NCBI RefSeq assembly: GCF_029953285.1
Contig: NZ_JASAOI010000058.1
Location: forward strand, 31,547 to 63,546
Source: Yinghuangia seranimata
GTDB taxonomy: Bacteria; Actinomycetota; Actinomycetes; Streptomycetales; Streptomycetaceae
Direction of reading: 5' to 3'
Length of the DNA stretch: 32,000 nucleotides
A model generated the notes under the pieces. That model did not search any database and was not told the origin of the DNA. It saw only the letters and a list, made by a program, of their open reading frames with translations. Made by a program: the position numbers and the translations under genes. The first letter of the stretch is position 1. Every line of letters starts with the position of its first letter. Positions 20,695 to 28,448 of the stretch are shown here, in pieces.

Positions 20695-21805
20695 GGCCGT
20701 TCCCTTCGGGGGTTTGGGGTGCGGGGGCGGAGGGCTCGGCGGGGGCCTTGCCTCGCAGGGCGGTGGAGAGGCTGGCGGCGGGCTCGCCCGCCTGGGCGGC
20801 TCCGCCGCGCTGTGCGGTGCCGGGCCGGAGGTTCAGGCCCGGTGTCCCGGCCCCGGGATCCCGTTGGCCGTGGGGCGGTTCGACGGCGCCGACCAGGACG
20901 TGGGCGCGGGCCGTGACGTATGTCGTGCGGTCGACGCTGCCGGCCACCGGCGCCGCGACCGCCGAGGCGGACCACGCGACGGCCTCGGCCAGGCGGTCGG
21001 GCCACGGGCGTCCGGCGGTGAGGCCGGCCAGGAGGGCGGCCACACCCGCGTCGCCCGCGCCGGTCGGATTGCCCTGGATGGCGTACGGGAGACGGGCCCG
21101 CCACCAGCCCGCGGCGGTCGCGGCGAGCAGGCCCTCGGGACCGAAGGAGGCCACCACCGCGTCGCCGCCCGCCGCGCGCAGCTGGGCGGAGAGCGCGGCG
21201 ACGGCGCGTGCCGGATCGGACTCGCCGGTGGCCTCACGGAGTTCGTCGGCGTTCGGCTTGACCAGGTCGGGGCCCGCGGCCAGGCCCGCGTGCAGGGCCG
21301 GGCCCGACGTGTCCAGGAGCACCGGCACACCCGCGTCGCGGGCGCGGCGGACCAGGTCGGCGTACGCGTCGGTCGGCACGCCCGGCGGCAGGCTCCCGCA
21401 CAACGCGACCGCGTGCGCCTGCGGCAGCAGGCGGTCGAACGCCTCGCACAGCGCGGCCCATTCGCCTGCACTGAGCTCGGGGCCGGCCTCGTTGAAGACC
21501 GTCGTCTCGCCGGCCGCCGCGTCCACCACGGTCGTCGTGCGGCGCGTCTCACCGGTGACGGGCACGGTCGCGTCGCGCGGGCCCGCCTGCGCGAGGTCCT
21601 CGCGCACCCCGTCGCCGGTCCGCCCGCCGAGCGGCCCCAGCACGGTGGCGGGTATGCCCAGCGCGGTCAGCACGCGGGCGACGTTGAGCCCCTTGCCGCC
21701 CGCCCGCGCGGATATTCGCTCGACGCGGTTGCTGCCGTCCCAGACCACCTCGTCCAGGTGATACGTGACGTCCAGCGCCGGATTGGGGGTGACCGTGAGG
21801 ATCAT
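20672..21805 (-). CDS. PfkB-family hexose-phosphate kinase (1-phosphofructokinase / tagatose-6-phosphate kinase type) with a roughly 70-aa low-complexity C-terminal tail (377 aa)
   Basis: MILTVTPNPALDVTY, RISARAGGKGLNVARVL, LVKPNADEL and NPTGAGDAGVAALLAGL (the PfkB anion-hole/ATP motif). The start ATG at 21805 shares one base with the NagA stop (TGATG). The tail overlaps the aldolase start by 23 nt. Confidence 0.85.
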   Translation of the reverse strand: MILTVTPNPALDVTYHLDEVVWDGSNRVERISARAGGKGLNVARVLTALGIPATVLGPLGGRTGDGVREDLAQAGPRDATVPVTGETRRTTTVVDAAAGETTVFNEAGPELSAGEWAALCEAFDRLLPQAHAVALCGSLPPGVPTDAYADLVRRARDAGVPVLLDTSGPALHAGLAAGPDLVKPNADELREATGESDPARAVAALSAQLRAAGGDAVVASFGPEGLLAATAAGWWRARLPYAIQGNPTGAGDAGVAALLAGLTAGRPWPDRLAEAVAWSASAVAAPVAGSVDRTTYVTARAHVLVGAVEPPHGQRDPGAGTPGLNLRPGTAQRGGAAQAGEPAASLSTALRGKAPAEPSAPAPQTPEGNGHAAHGHR

Positions 21806-22971
21806 CAGGCGTCCAGGCCGTCGCCGACCCAACGCCCGCCCCACAGCACGGCGTCCACCTTCAGATCCTCGTCCAGCACGATCAGGTCGGCCTGCTTGCC
21901 CGCCTCGATCGAGCCGACCTTGTCGGCGATGCCGAGCGCGCGCGCCGGGGTCGCGCTCAACGCGGTGACGACGTCCGTGATCGGCAGGTGGTTCTCGCGC
22001 ACCGCGGTCCGCAGCGCGCGGTCCAGGGTCAGCGTGCTGCCCGCGATCGAGTCGCCGTCGGCGAGCCGCGCTATTCCGCCCTCGACCCGGGCGGTCATCG
22101 GGCCGAGCGGATACGTGCCGTCAGGCATGCCGGCCGCGCCCATCGCGTCGGTGATGAACGCGACGCGCGACGAACCGGCCGCCTGGAACGCCAGGTTGAC
22201 GATGCCGGGATGCAGGTGCACGCCGTCGTTGATCAGCTCGACCACCACATCGCTGTCCTGCAACAGCGCGGTCACCGGGCCCGGTTCGCGGTGGTGCACG
22301 CTGCGCATCGCGTTGAACAGGTGCGTCGCGACGCTCGCACCCGCCGCGAGCGCGGCCTGCGTCTCGCGGTGCGTGCCGTCGGTGTGGCCGACGGCCGCCA
22401 GCACACCCGCGTCCACCAAACGGTGCACGAGGTCGACACCGCCCGGCAGTTCGGGCGCCAACGTCACCATGCGGACCGTCCCGCGCCCGGCCTTGAGCAA
22501 CGCGTCGACCTCGGCCCGGTCGGGCTCCCGCAGCAGGTCGGGATCGTGCGCGCCGCACCGGGCCCGGCTCAGATACGGGCCCTCCAGGTGCACGCCCGCC
22601 AGCACGCCGTCCTCGACCAGGCCCGCCAACTCCGAGACGCTACGAAGGAGTTCGTCCTGCGTCGCGGTAACCAGCGAAGCCATCGTCGTGGTCGTGCCGT
22701 GCGCCCGGTGGAACGCCGCCACCCGCAACGCCTGGTCGGCGTCCCCCGCGGTGTACGACGCACCGCCACCCCCGTGCACATGCATGTCCACGAACCCGGG
22801 CACCAGCCAACGCCCGCCCAGGTCGTGCACCGTCGCACCAGGCGTCTCCGGCAACGAGCCGGGCCCACCGACCGCCGTGATCAGGCCGTCGGCCACGGCC
22901 ACTTCGCCGCCCTCCAGCACACCGGACGACAGGACCACACGGGCCCCAGTGAATCGGGTCTGACGGATCAC
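21805..22971 (-). CDS. nagA: N-acetylhexosamine-6-phosphate deacetylase (NagA/AgaA family amidohydrolase) (388 aa)
   Basis: GFVDMHVHGGGG, LEGPYLS, APELPGG, GHTDGT, THLFNAM, LINDGVHLHP, ITDAM and AGKQADLIVLD. The GTG at 22971 overlaps the ROK stop (GTGA). Confidence 0.88.
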   Translation of the reverse strand: MIRQTRFTGARVVLSSGVLEGGEVAVADGLITAVGGPGSLPETPGATVHDLGGRWLVPGFVDMHVHGGGGASYTAGDADQALRVAAFHRAHGTTTTMASLVTATQDELLRSVSELAGLVEDGVLAGVHLEGPYLSRARCGAHDPDLLREPDRAEVDALLKAGRGTVRMVTLAPELPGGVDLVHRLVDAGVLAAVGHTDGTHRETQAALAAGASVATHLFNAMRSVHHREPGPVTALLQDSDVVVELINDGVHLHPGIVNLAFQAAGSSRVAFITDAMGAAGMPDGTYPLGPMTARVEGGIARLADGDSIAGSTLTLDRALRTAVRENHLPITDVVTALSATPARALGIADKVGSIEAGKQADLIVLDEDLKVDAVLWGGRWVGDGLDA

Positions 22972-24269
22972 CTGGCAACCTCGAAGATGTCCCAGGCCAG
23001 CAGTGCCGCGCCGTGGCACCCGGCGTCGTCGCCGAGCGCCGCGGCCTCGATCCGCGGCACGAACTGGACGGTCGCACGCGCGGCGAGCGCCTCGCGCAAA
23101 GGGGTGAACAAGGTCTCGCCGGCCCGCGACAGGCCGCCGCCGATGACGACGAGCGAGGTGTCGAGCAGCGCCAGCGCGATCAGCAGGCCGTCGGCGAGCG
23201 CGCTCACCGACTCCTCCCACACCCGCGCCGCGACCGGGTCGCCCGCCCCCACCCGGGCCGCCACCTCGGCGGCGGTCGCGTGCCCGCCGGGCACCGCCTC
23301 CGCGTAGCGGCGGGCGACCGCCGGACCGGAGATCTCGGCCTCCAGGCAGCCGCGGGCGCCGCAGCCGCACGGCGTCCCGCCGGGGCGCACGATGATGTGG
23401 CCGATCTCGCCGGCCCGGCCTTGGGCACCGGCGTACGGCACGCCGTCCACGACGAACGCGCCCGCGACGCCGGTACCGAGTGGCAGGAACAGGAAGTTCG
23501 CACAGCCCTTCGCGGCCCCGAGACGCCCCTCGGCGAGCCCGCCTGCGCGGACGTCGTGGTCGAACGCGACGGGCAGCCCAGTGCGTTCGGCGACCAGGTC
23601 GCGCAGCGGCAGATCACGCCAACGCAGGTTCGCCGACCAGACCGCGATGCCGGCTGCGGCGTCGACGATCCCGGGCACGACGACCCCGACGGCCCGCGGG
23701 TTCAGACCCTCCGCCAGCGCGGTGCGGCGCAGGTCGTCCGCGAAGTCGACGATTCGAGCGGTGACCGCCTCGGGACCGCCCTCACGCCCGGTGGCCCGAC
23801 GCTCGGTGTGAAGGAACGTACCGCCGGGCGCGACGAGCCCGCCCTTGATGATGGTGCCGCCGACGTCCAGGGCGATGACACAGTCACCCCCGACGCGCAC
23901 ACGCGCGTCCGGACCACCGACGGGACTGACGGCCGCCCCATGGTCAGGCGAACCGCCGGTGGGCCCCGACGGGTTCGCCGGAGCCGACGAGGCAGAGAGT
24001 GACGTTATGGGGCCGCCGCCGGCCGACGCGGCTGCCGGAACATCTCGACCCGCGGCGGTCGACTCGCCGCCGACCTCGGCCTGGGCGTCGGCGGACGACG
24101 CCTCCGAACCGGTGCCGGCCGCGGAGCCCCGCGGCGGCACAGCCGATCCACCCGTGGGAGCCGACGGGTTGGCGGGAGAGTGCGGAACCGCGCCCGCCGC
24201 CGTGCGGGTCGGCTCGACGCCGTCCGCGGGGGCGGCGTGCGGGTGGTTGTGGTCGTCGTACGCGCTCAC
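22968..24269 (-). CDS. ROK-family sugar kinase with a roughly 125-aa low-complexity N-terminal extension (433 aa)
   Basis: ROK core: IALDVGGTIIKGG (ATP-binding DxGGT), LPLGTGVAGAFVVDG, and GEIGHIIVRPGGTPCGCGARGCLE (ROK Zn/Cys motif). The GTG at 24269 follows AGGAG at 6-nt spacing. Sequence upstream of it in the same frame is Arg-rich, with GC3 no better than the other frames. Confidence 0.82.
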   Translation of the reverse strand: MSAYDDHNHPHAAPADGVEPTRTAAGAVPHSPANPSAPTGGSAVPPRGSAAGTGSEASSADAQAEVGGESTAAGRDVPAAASAGGGPITSLSASSAPANPSGPTGGSPDHGAAVSPVGGPDARVRVGGDCVIALDVGGTIIKGGLVAPGGTFLHTERRATGREGGPEAVTARIVDFADDLRRTALAEGLNPRAVGVVVPGIVDAAAGIAVWSANLRWRDLPLRDLVAERTGLPVAFDHDVRAGGLAEGRLGAAKGCANFLFLPLGTGVAGAFVVDGVPYAGAQGRAGEIGHIIVRPGGTPCGCGARGCLEAEISGPAVARRYAEAVPGGHATAAEVAARVGAGDPVAARVWEESVSALADGLLIALALLDTSLVVIGGGLSRAGETLFTPLREALAARATVQFVPRIEAAALGDDAGCHGAALLAWDIFEVAR

Positions 24270-24711
24270 TGGTGCTCCTGCTTTCGGCCACGGCCGTGTA
24301 CGGCAAAAGCCGTTCTCGCCGGGCCGGTTCCCTCGGTGGTGGCGGTCGGGCCCGCGCGATGGCAGGCCGTATCCATGGTCGAGGCGCGTGAGGGAGCGCG
24401 CCGGGTGTCGCGATGTGCGGTGCGGGAGGGCCCGGCGGGGTGGCCGGCCACGGTCGAGGGACACCGCACGCCGCGGGAGCGCCCGCCCCTGATGAGACCG
24501 CCACCACCCGCGCCCGCACCGGTGTGATGTCCGGCCACGGCTGCGGAACGGTACCCCCTGAAGAGTTGGCCCCGCGACCCGCCCCACCCCGATCCGACGA
24601 GGGCCCGAGCGCAGGCGGGCTGCCCGCACAGGCGGGACCCGGCGACGGGGTGTGCGTCACCCGACCGCGGTGCGCGCACGCCGTCGCTCGTTGGGCGTCC
24701 GGTTCTCACTG

Positions 24712-25644
24712 TTACCCCTGGTCCAGGACGACGGACCTGGTCAGGTTGCGGGGGCGGTCGGGGTCGAGGTTTCGGGCGTAGGCGACCGCCGCGGCGAGGC
24801 GTTGGGCGCGGATCAGGTCGGCCATCGGGTCGCCCGGGTTGGAGACGAGGTGGGCGCCGGTGGGGGCGATGTCGGTGGCGAGGCCTTCGGGGACGGGGCC
24901 GAAGATCCAGGTCACGCGGCCCGGGGCGGCGATGCTGATCGGGCCGTGGCGGTATTCCATGGCCGGGTAGTGCTCGGTCCAGGCGCCGTTGGCCTCGCGC
25001 ATCTTCAGGGCGGCCTCGGCGGCGAGGCCGACCGTCCAGCCGGTGCCGAGGAAGGTGAACTGCTCGGCGGCGAGCAGGGCTTCCGGGAGCGGGTCGGTGA
25101 CGGCGACGGCCGCGTCGCGGATCGCGGCGGTGAGGTCCTCGCCGAGGTGCGCGCGCAGGAGGGCGAGTGCCGTGGTGGCGAAGCGGGTCTGGACGACGGA
25201 CTGCTCGTCGGCCCAGTCCAGGAGGATCGCGTGGTCGGCGGCGGTGACGCCGGGGGTGCCCGGGGAGCCGGTGATCACGGTCGTCGGGACGCTGCCCCGC
25301 AGGCGGTCCAGCAGGTCGAGGACCTCGGTGGTGGTGCCGGAGCGGGTGAGCGCGACGACGCGGTCGTAGCCGCGGGTGTGCGGGTACTCGGACGCGGCGA
25401 GCGCGTCGGTCCAGCCGTGGCCGGCCTGTTCGCGCAGGACGGCGTACGCCTGGGCGATGAACCAGGACGTGCCGCAGCCGACGACGGCGACGCGTTCGCC
25501 GGGGGCCGGGAGGCCCTCGGGCGGGTTGTCCTTGTCGGTCGCGAGGGCCGCCGCGCGTGCCCAGAGATCGGGTTGTGTGGCGATCTCCGCCACGGTGTGT
25601 CCCGCTCCGACGGCGGGGCCGTCCGTGGTCTGGCTCGGCGTCAT
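24712..25644 (-). CDS. SIS-domain sugar-phosphate isomerase/deaminase (AgaS/GlmS-C-terminal-like) (310 aa)
   Basis: Two SIS modules: VAVVGCGTSWFIAQAYA...LTRSGTTTEV and FTFLGTGWTVGLAAEAALKMRE...EYRHGP. The ATG at 25644 follows GGAGG. TAA stop. Confidence 0.83.
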   Translation of the reverse strand: MTPSQTTDGPAVGAGHTVAEIATQPDLWARAAALATDKDNPPEGLPAPGERVAVVGCGTSWFIAQAYAVLREQAGHGWTDALAASEYPHTRGYDRVVALTRSGTTTEVLDLLDRLRGSVPTTVITGSPGTPGVTAADHAILLDWADEQSVVQTRFATTALALLRAHLGEDLTAAIRDAAVAVTDPLPEALLAAEQFTFLGTGWTVGLAAEAALKMREANGAWTEHYPAMEYRHGPISIAAPGRVTWIFGPVPEGLATDIAPTGAHLVSNPGDPMADLIRAQRLAAAVAYARNLDPDRPRNLTRSVVLDQG

Positions 25645-25678
25645 CGGCGCTGCCTCCAAGGGGCCGGATAGTTCCCGG

Positions 25679-25726
25679 ACTGCTCGAATGTGCTCATTGA
25701 ATAGCAGTTGAAAGCATAAAACTGCA
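25679..25726. promoter_or_regulatory. Candidate operator half-sites in the divergent SIS/DeoR intergenic region
   Basis: ACTGCT (25679-25684) and AGCAGT (25703-25708) form a 6-bp inverted repeat with an 18-nt spacer. AGCAGTT and AACTGC(A) (25720-25726) form a second one around GAAAGCATAA. This is the AT-richest part of the 160-bp intergenic region. Confidence 0.4.
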
Positions 25727-25804
25727 AGAACGCCATAGGCTGTGCTCCACAGAGTGTGCGTGCCCGCGGGCCCGCTGTGAGCGGACCCGGCCGGACCGGG
25801 CAGG

Positions 25805-26626
25805 ATGAACCCCGACGACGGGGGCGACAGGGAGGTCACGGTGAGCCGGTACGAGCGGTGGGGCGCGCTCCTGGAGCTGCTCGCCAAGGAGGGGCGGCTC
25901 GAGGTCGAGGAGGCCGCCGAGGCCCTCGACGTGTCCGCCGCGACCATCCGCCGCGACCTCGACCAGCTCGCGCAGCAGCAGATGCTCACGCGCACCCGTG
26001 GCGGCGCGGTGGCCCACTCGGTCTCGTACGACCTGCCGCTGCGCTACAAGACCGCCCGCCGCGCGTCCGAGAAGCAGCGCATCGCGGTGGCCGCCGCGGC
26101 GCTCGTGCAGCCCGGCCAGACCGTCGGCATCAACGGCGGCACGACGATGACCGAGGTGGCGCGGGCCCTGGTGACGCGCGCGGACCTGCACGCCGACGGC
26201 GACGCGACGTCGCTGACGGTGGTGACCAACGCCCTGAACATCGCGGGCGAGCTCGCGGTGCGCCGGCACGTGAAGATCGTGGTCACCGGCGGTGTCGCGC
26301 GCCCGCAGTCGTACGAGCTGATCGGCCCGCTGGCCACCGGCATCCTGCGCGAGGTGGCGCTGGACGTGGCGATGCTGGGCGTCGACGCGGTGGACGTGGA
26401 GCACGGCGCGAGCGCGCACCACGAGGGCGAGGCGAGCATCAACCAGCTGATGGCGGCCGGTGCCGAGCGGGTCATCGTGGCGGCCGACTCGTCGAAGCTC
26501 GGCCGGCGCGCGTTCGCGCGCATCTGCCCGGTGGACGCGATCGACACGCTGGTGACGGACTCCGCGGCGCCGGACGCTGTGGTAGCCCGGTTCACCGAGG
26601 CCGGCGTGCGGGTCGTCCGGGTCTGA
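25805..26626 (+). CDS. DeoR/GlpR-family transcriptional regulator (AgaR-like) (273 aa)
   Basis: N-terminal wHTH RYERWGALLELLAKEGRLEVEEAAEALDVSAATIRRDLDQLAQQQMLTRTRGGA. C-terminal DeoR sugar-phosphate sensor domain (IGINGGTTMTEVARAL ... VVTGGVARPQSYELIGP ... ADSSKLG). Confidence 0.9.
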   Translation: MNPDDGGDREVTVSRYERWGALLELLAKEGRLEVEEAAEALDVSAATIRRDLDQLAQQQMLTRTRGGAVAHSVSYDLPLRYKTARRASEKQRIAVAAAALVQPGQTVGINGGTTMTEVARALVTRADLHADGDATSLTVVTNALNIAGELAVRRHVKIVVTGGVARPQSYELIGPLATGILREVALDVAMLGVDAVDVEHGASAHHEGEASINQLMAAGAERVIVAADSSKLGRRAFARICPVDAIDTLVTDSAAPDAVVARFTEAGVRVVRV

Positions 26627-26805
26627 TCCGGCCTTCGGCCGCACCCGTTCGGGGCCGGTTCCCCGCCGGGTTCCCTGACGGAGCGTCAGCGCTCAATCGT
26701 TATCGATCGAAAACCTTACGTTTTTAGTCCGATTCGCCCAGGTTTGTGGGTCTCTGCGGCATGCCTGGAGCCATGTCGACAAGATCGCGTCTAACTATTC
26801 GGCAA

Positions 26806-26821
26806 ATTGGTGTAGACCTTT
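26806..26821. promoter_or_regulatory. DasR-responsive-element-like site (dre)
   Basis: ATTGGTGTAGACCTTT matches the Streptomyces dre consensus A(C/G)TGGTCTAGACCA(C/G)T at 12 of 16 positions, including the GGT.TAGACC core. It lies 14 nt upstream of a TTGACT -35-like hexamer. Confidence 0.45.
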
Positions 26822-26835
26822 TCCGGAACGGGGTG

Positions 26836-26908
26836 TTGACTGCGTACCGGCGGAGTCCCAAGATGCTCGTCACTGCTTAAAAGTTTGCACTGCGATCACG
26901 TTGCAAAC
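26836..26908 (+). promoter_or_regulatory. Putative promoter and leader operator of the ABC importer operon
   Basis: TTGACT (26836-26841), a 17-nt spacer, then CAAGAT (26859-26864). Downstream lies a perfect 7-bp inverted repeat GTTTGCA (26883-26889) / TGCAAAC (26902-26908). ACTGC pentamers occur at 26839, 26872 and 26889, all in the same orientation. Confidence 0.35.
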
Positions 26909-26997
26909 ACTTATGCGCAAGACCAAGCAGGCGGCTCCGTCCTCCCGGAGCCGACGGCGAACCAAGTCGTGTCTCCGGTGGAAAAGGTGGTTTCAGG

Positions 26998-28320
26998 GTG
27001 AAGCGTCACCTGATGGCGGCGGCCGCGATAGGCCTCTCCGCGACGATGATGTTGACCGCGTGCGGTGGCAGCAGCGACGACAAGGACGACGACAGCCCGT
27101 CCTCGGCCGCGCCCGGCGGCAGCGGAGGCGCGGCGCCCGCGCCCAAGGACGGCTCGATCAAGCTGGTCGTGGCGGACTACGGCAGCGGCGACGGCAGCAC
27201 GCAGAAGTACTGGGGCGGCGTCATCTCCAGCTTCAACGCGAAGTACCCCGGCATCAAGGTCGATCTCCAGGTGATCAACTGGGACGACATCGACAAGCAG
27301 GTCCAGACGATGGTCCAGAACAACCAGCTTCCGGACATCCTGCAGACCGGCGGATACGCCGACAAAGTCGCCGACGACCTGCTCTACCCGGTGAAGGACG
27401 TCATGTCCGACGCCACCCGGGCCGACTTCATCGACTCGTTCCTCCCGGCCGCTACGGTCAAGGGCGAGCAGTACGGCATCCCGTTCACCTCGAGCACCCG
27501 CCAGCTCATCTACAACAAGGACCTCTTCGCGAAGGCCGGCATCACCGACCCGCCGAAGACGTGGGACGAGCTGAAGGCCGACGCCGAGAAGCTGAAGGCC
27601 GCGGGCGTGCAGACGCCTTTCGGCCTGCCGCTCGGCAAGGAGGAGGCCCAGGGCGAGTTCATGAACTGGATGCTCGGCAACGGCGGCGGCTACAAGACCG
27701 GTGACAAGTACACGGTCAACAGCCAGGCCAACGTCGACACCATGAACTGGGTCAACGACAACCTGGTCAAGACCGGCCTGACCGAGCCGAACCCGGGCAC
27801 CAAGAACCGCAAGGACGTCTACACCGAGTTCTACGGCGGCACCGTCGGCATGGTGAACAGCAACCCGACGATGCTGACCCAGATCAAGGCCAAGTACCCG
27901 AACCTCAACTTCGGCACGGCCGCGATCCCCGGCAAGACCGGCCCGCTGGACTCCACGCTCGGCGTCTGCGACTGGGTGATGGCGTTCAAGAAGAACGGCA
28001 AGAAGGACCAGATCCGGGCCTTCCTCGACGTCGCCTTCAACACCGAGAACTCGCTGCGCTTCCAGCAGGAGAACTCGTTCGCCCCGGTGACCAAGTCGGT
28101 CATGCAGAAGATGGTCGCCGACCCGGCGAACGCCGGCCTCAAGCCGTACATCGACCTGCTGCCGAAGGCGAAGTTCTACCCGCTGAACGACACCGCGTGG
28201 GACGTGCTCTCGCCGAAGATCAAGGAGCAGCTGGGCCTCGCGGTCTCCGGAAAGTCGCCCAAGGACGTCCTGGACCAGCTCCAGAAGGAAGCCGAGAACG
28301 CGGTCCAGCAGCAGAAGTAG
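26998..28320 (+). CDS. ABC transporter extracellular solute-binding lipoprotein, carbohydrate (family 1) type (440 aa)
   Basis: Signal peptide with lipobox (LSATMMLTAC), then a G/S/D/P-rich tether. Typical family-1 sugar SBP patterns follow (IKLVVADYGS..., WDDIDKQVQTMVQNNQLPDI, YGIPFTSSTRQLIYNKDLFAKAGI..PPKTWDEL). Confidence 0.9.
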   Translation: MKRHLMAAAAIGLSATMMLTACGGSSDDKDDDSPSSAAPGGSGGAAPAPKDGSIKLVVADYGSGDGSTQKYWGGVISSFNAKYPGIKVDLQVINWDDIDKQVQTMVQNNQLPDILQTGGYADKVADDLLYPVKDVMSDATRADFIDSFLPAATVKGEQYGIPFTSSTRQLIYNKDLFAKAGITDPPKTWDELKADAEKLKAAGVQTPFGLPLGKEEAQGEFMNWMLGNGGGYKTGDKYTVNSQANVDTMNWVNDNLVKTGLTEPNPGTKNRKDVYTEFYGGTVGMVNSNPTMLTQIKAKYPNLNFGTAAIPGKTGPLDSTLGVCDWVMAFKKNGKKDQIRAFLDVAFNTENSLRFQQENSFAPVTKSVMQKMVADPANAGLKPYIDLLPKAKFYPLNDTAWDVLSPKIKEQLGLAVSGKSPKDVLDQLQKEAENAVQQQK

Positions 28321-28448
28321 CCCCGCTGCTCCCGCTTCCCGTCCCGCTCCACCCGTCCTGACCGAGGCCACGCCGCCCCGGACGCGCCCGTCGCGTCCCG
28401 GGCGGCGCGGCCGCGACCGACCCCCTCGCCCCGAGGGAGGAGTTCACC

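Noticed and set aside
24266-24709. 147-aa ORF exactly filling the SIS/ROK gap
   Set aside because: Its GC3 is about the same as another frame of the same region and far below the neighbouring genes. It has no motif and a wrong-frame-like composition. I do not call it a CDS but flag the region as a finding, because the GTGA overlap with the ROK start is suggestive.
26627-26660. Terminator hairpin just after the DeoR gene (CGGCC-ttc-GGCCG)
   Set aside because: The stem is only 5 bp with a 3-nt loop, too weak and tight to call.
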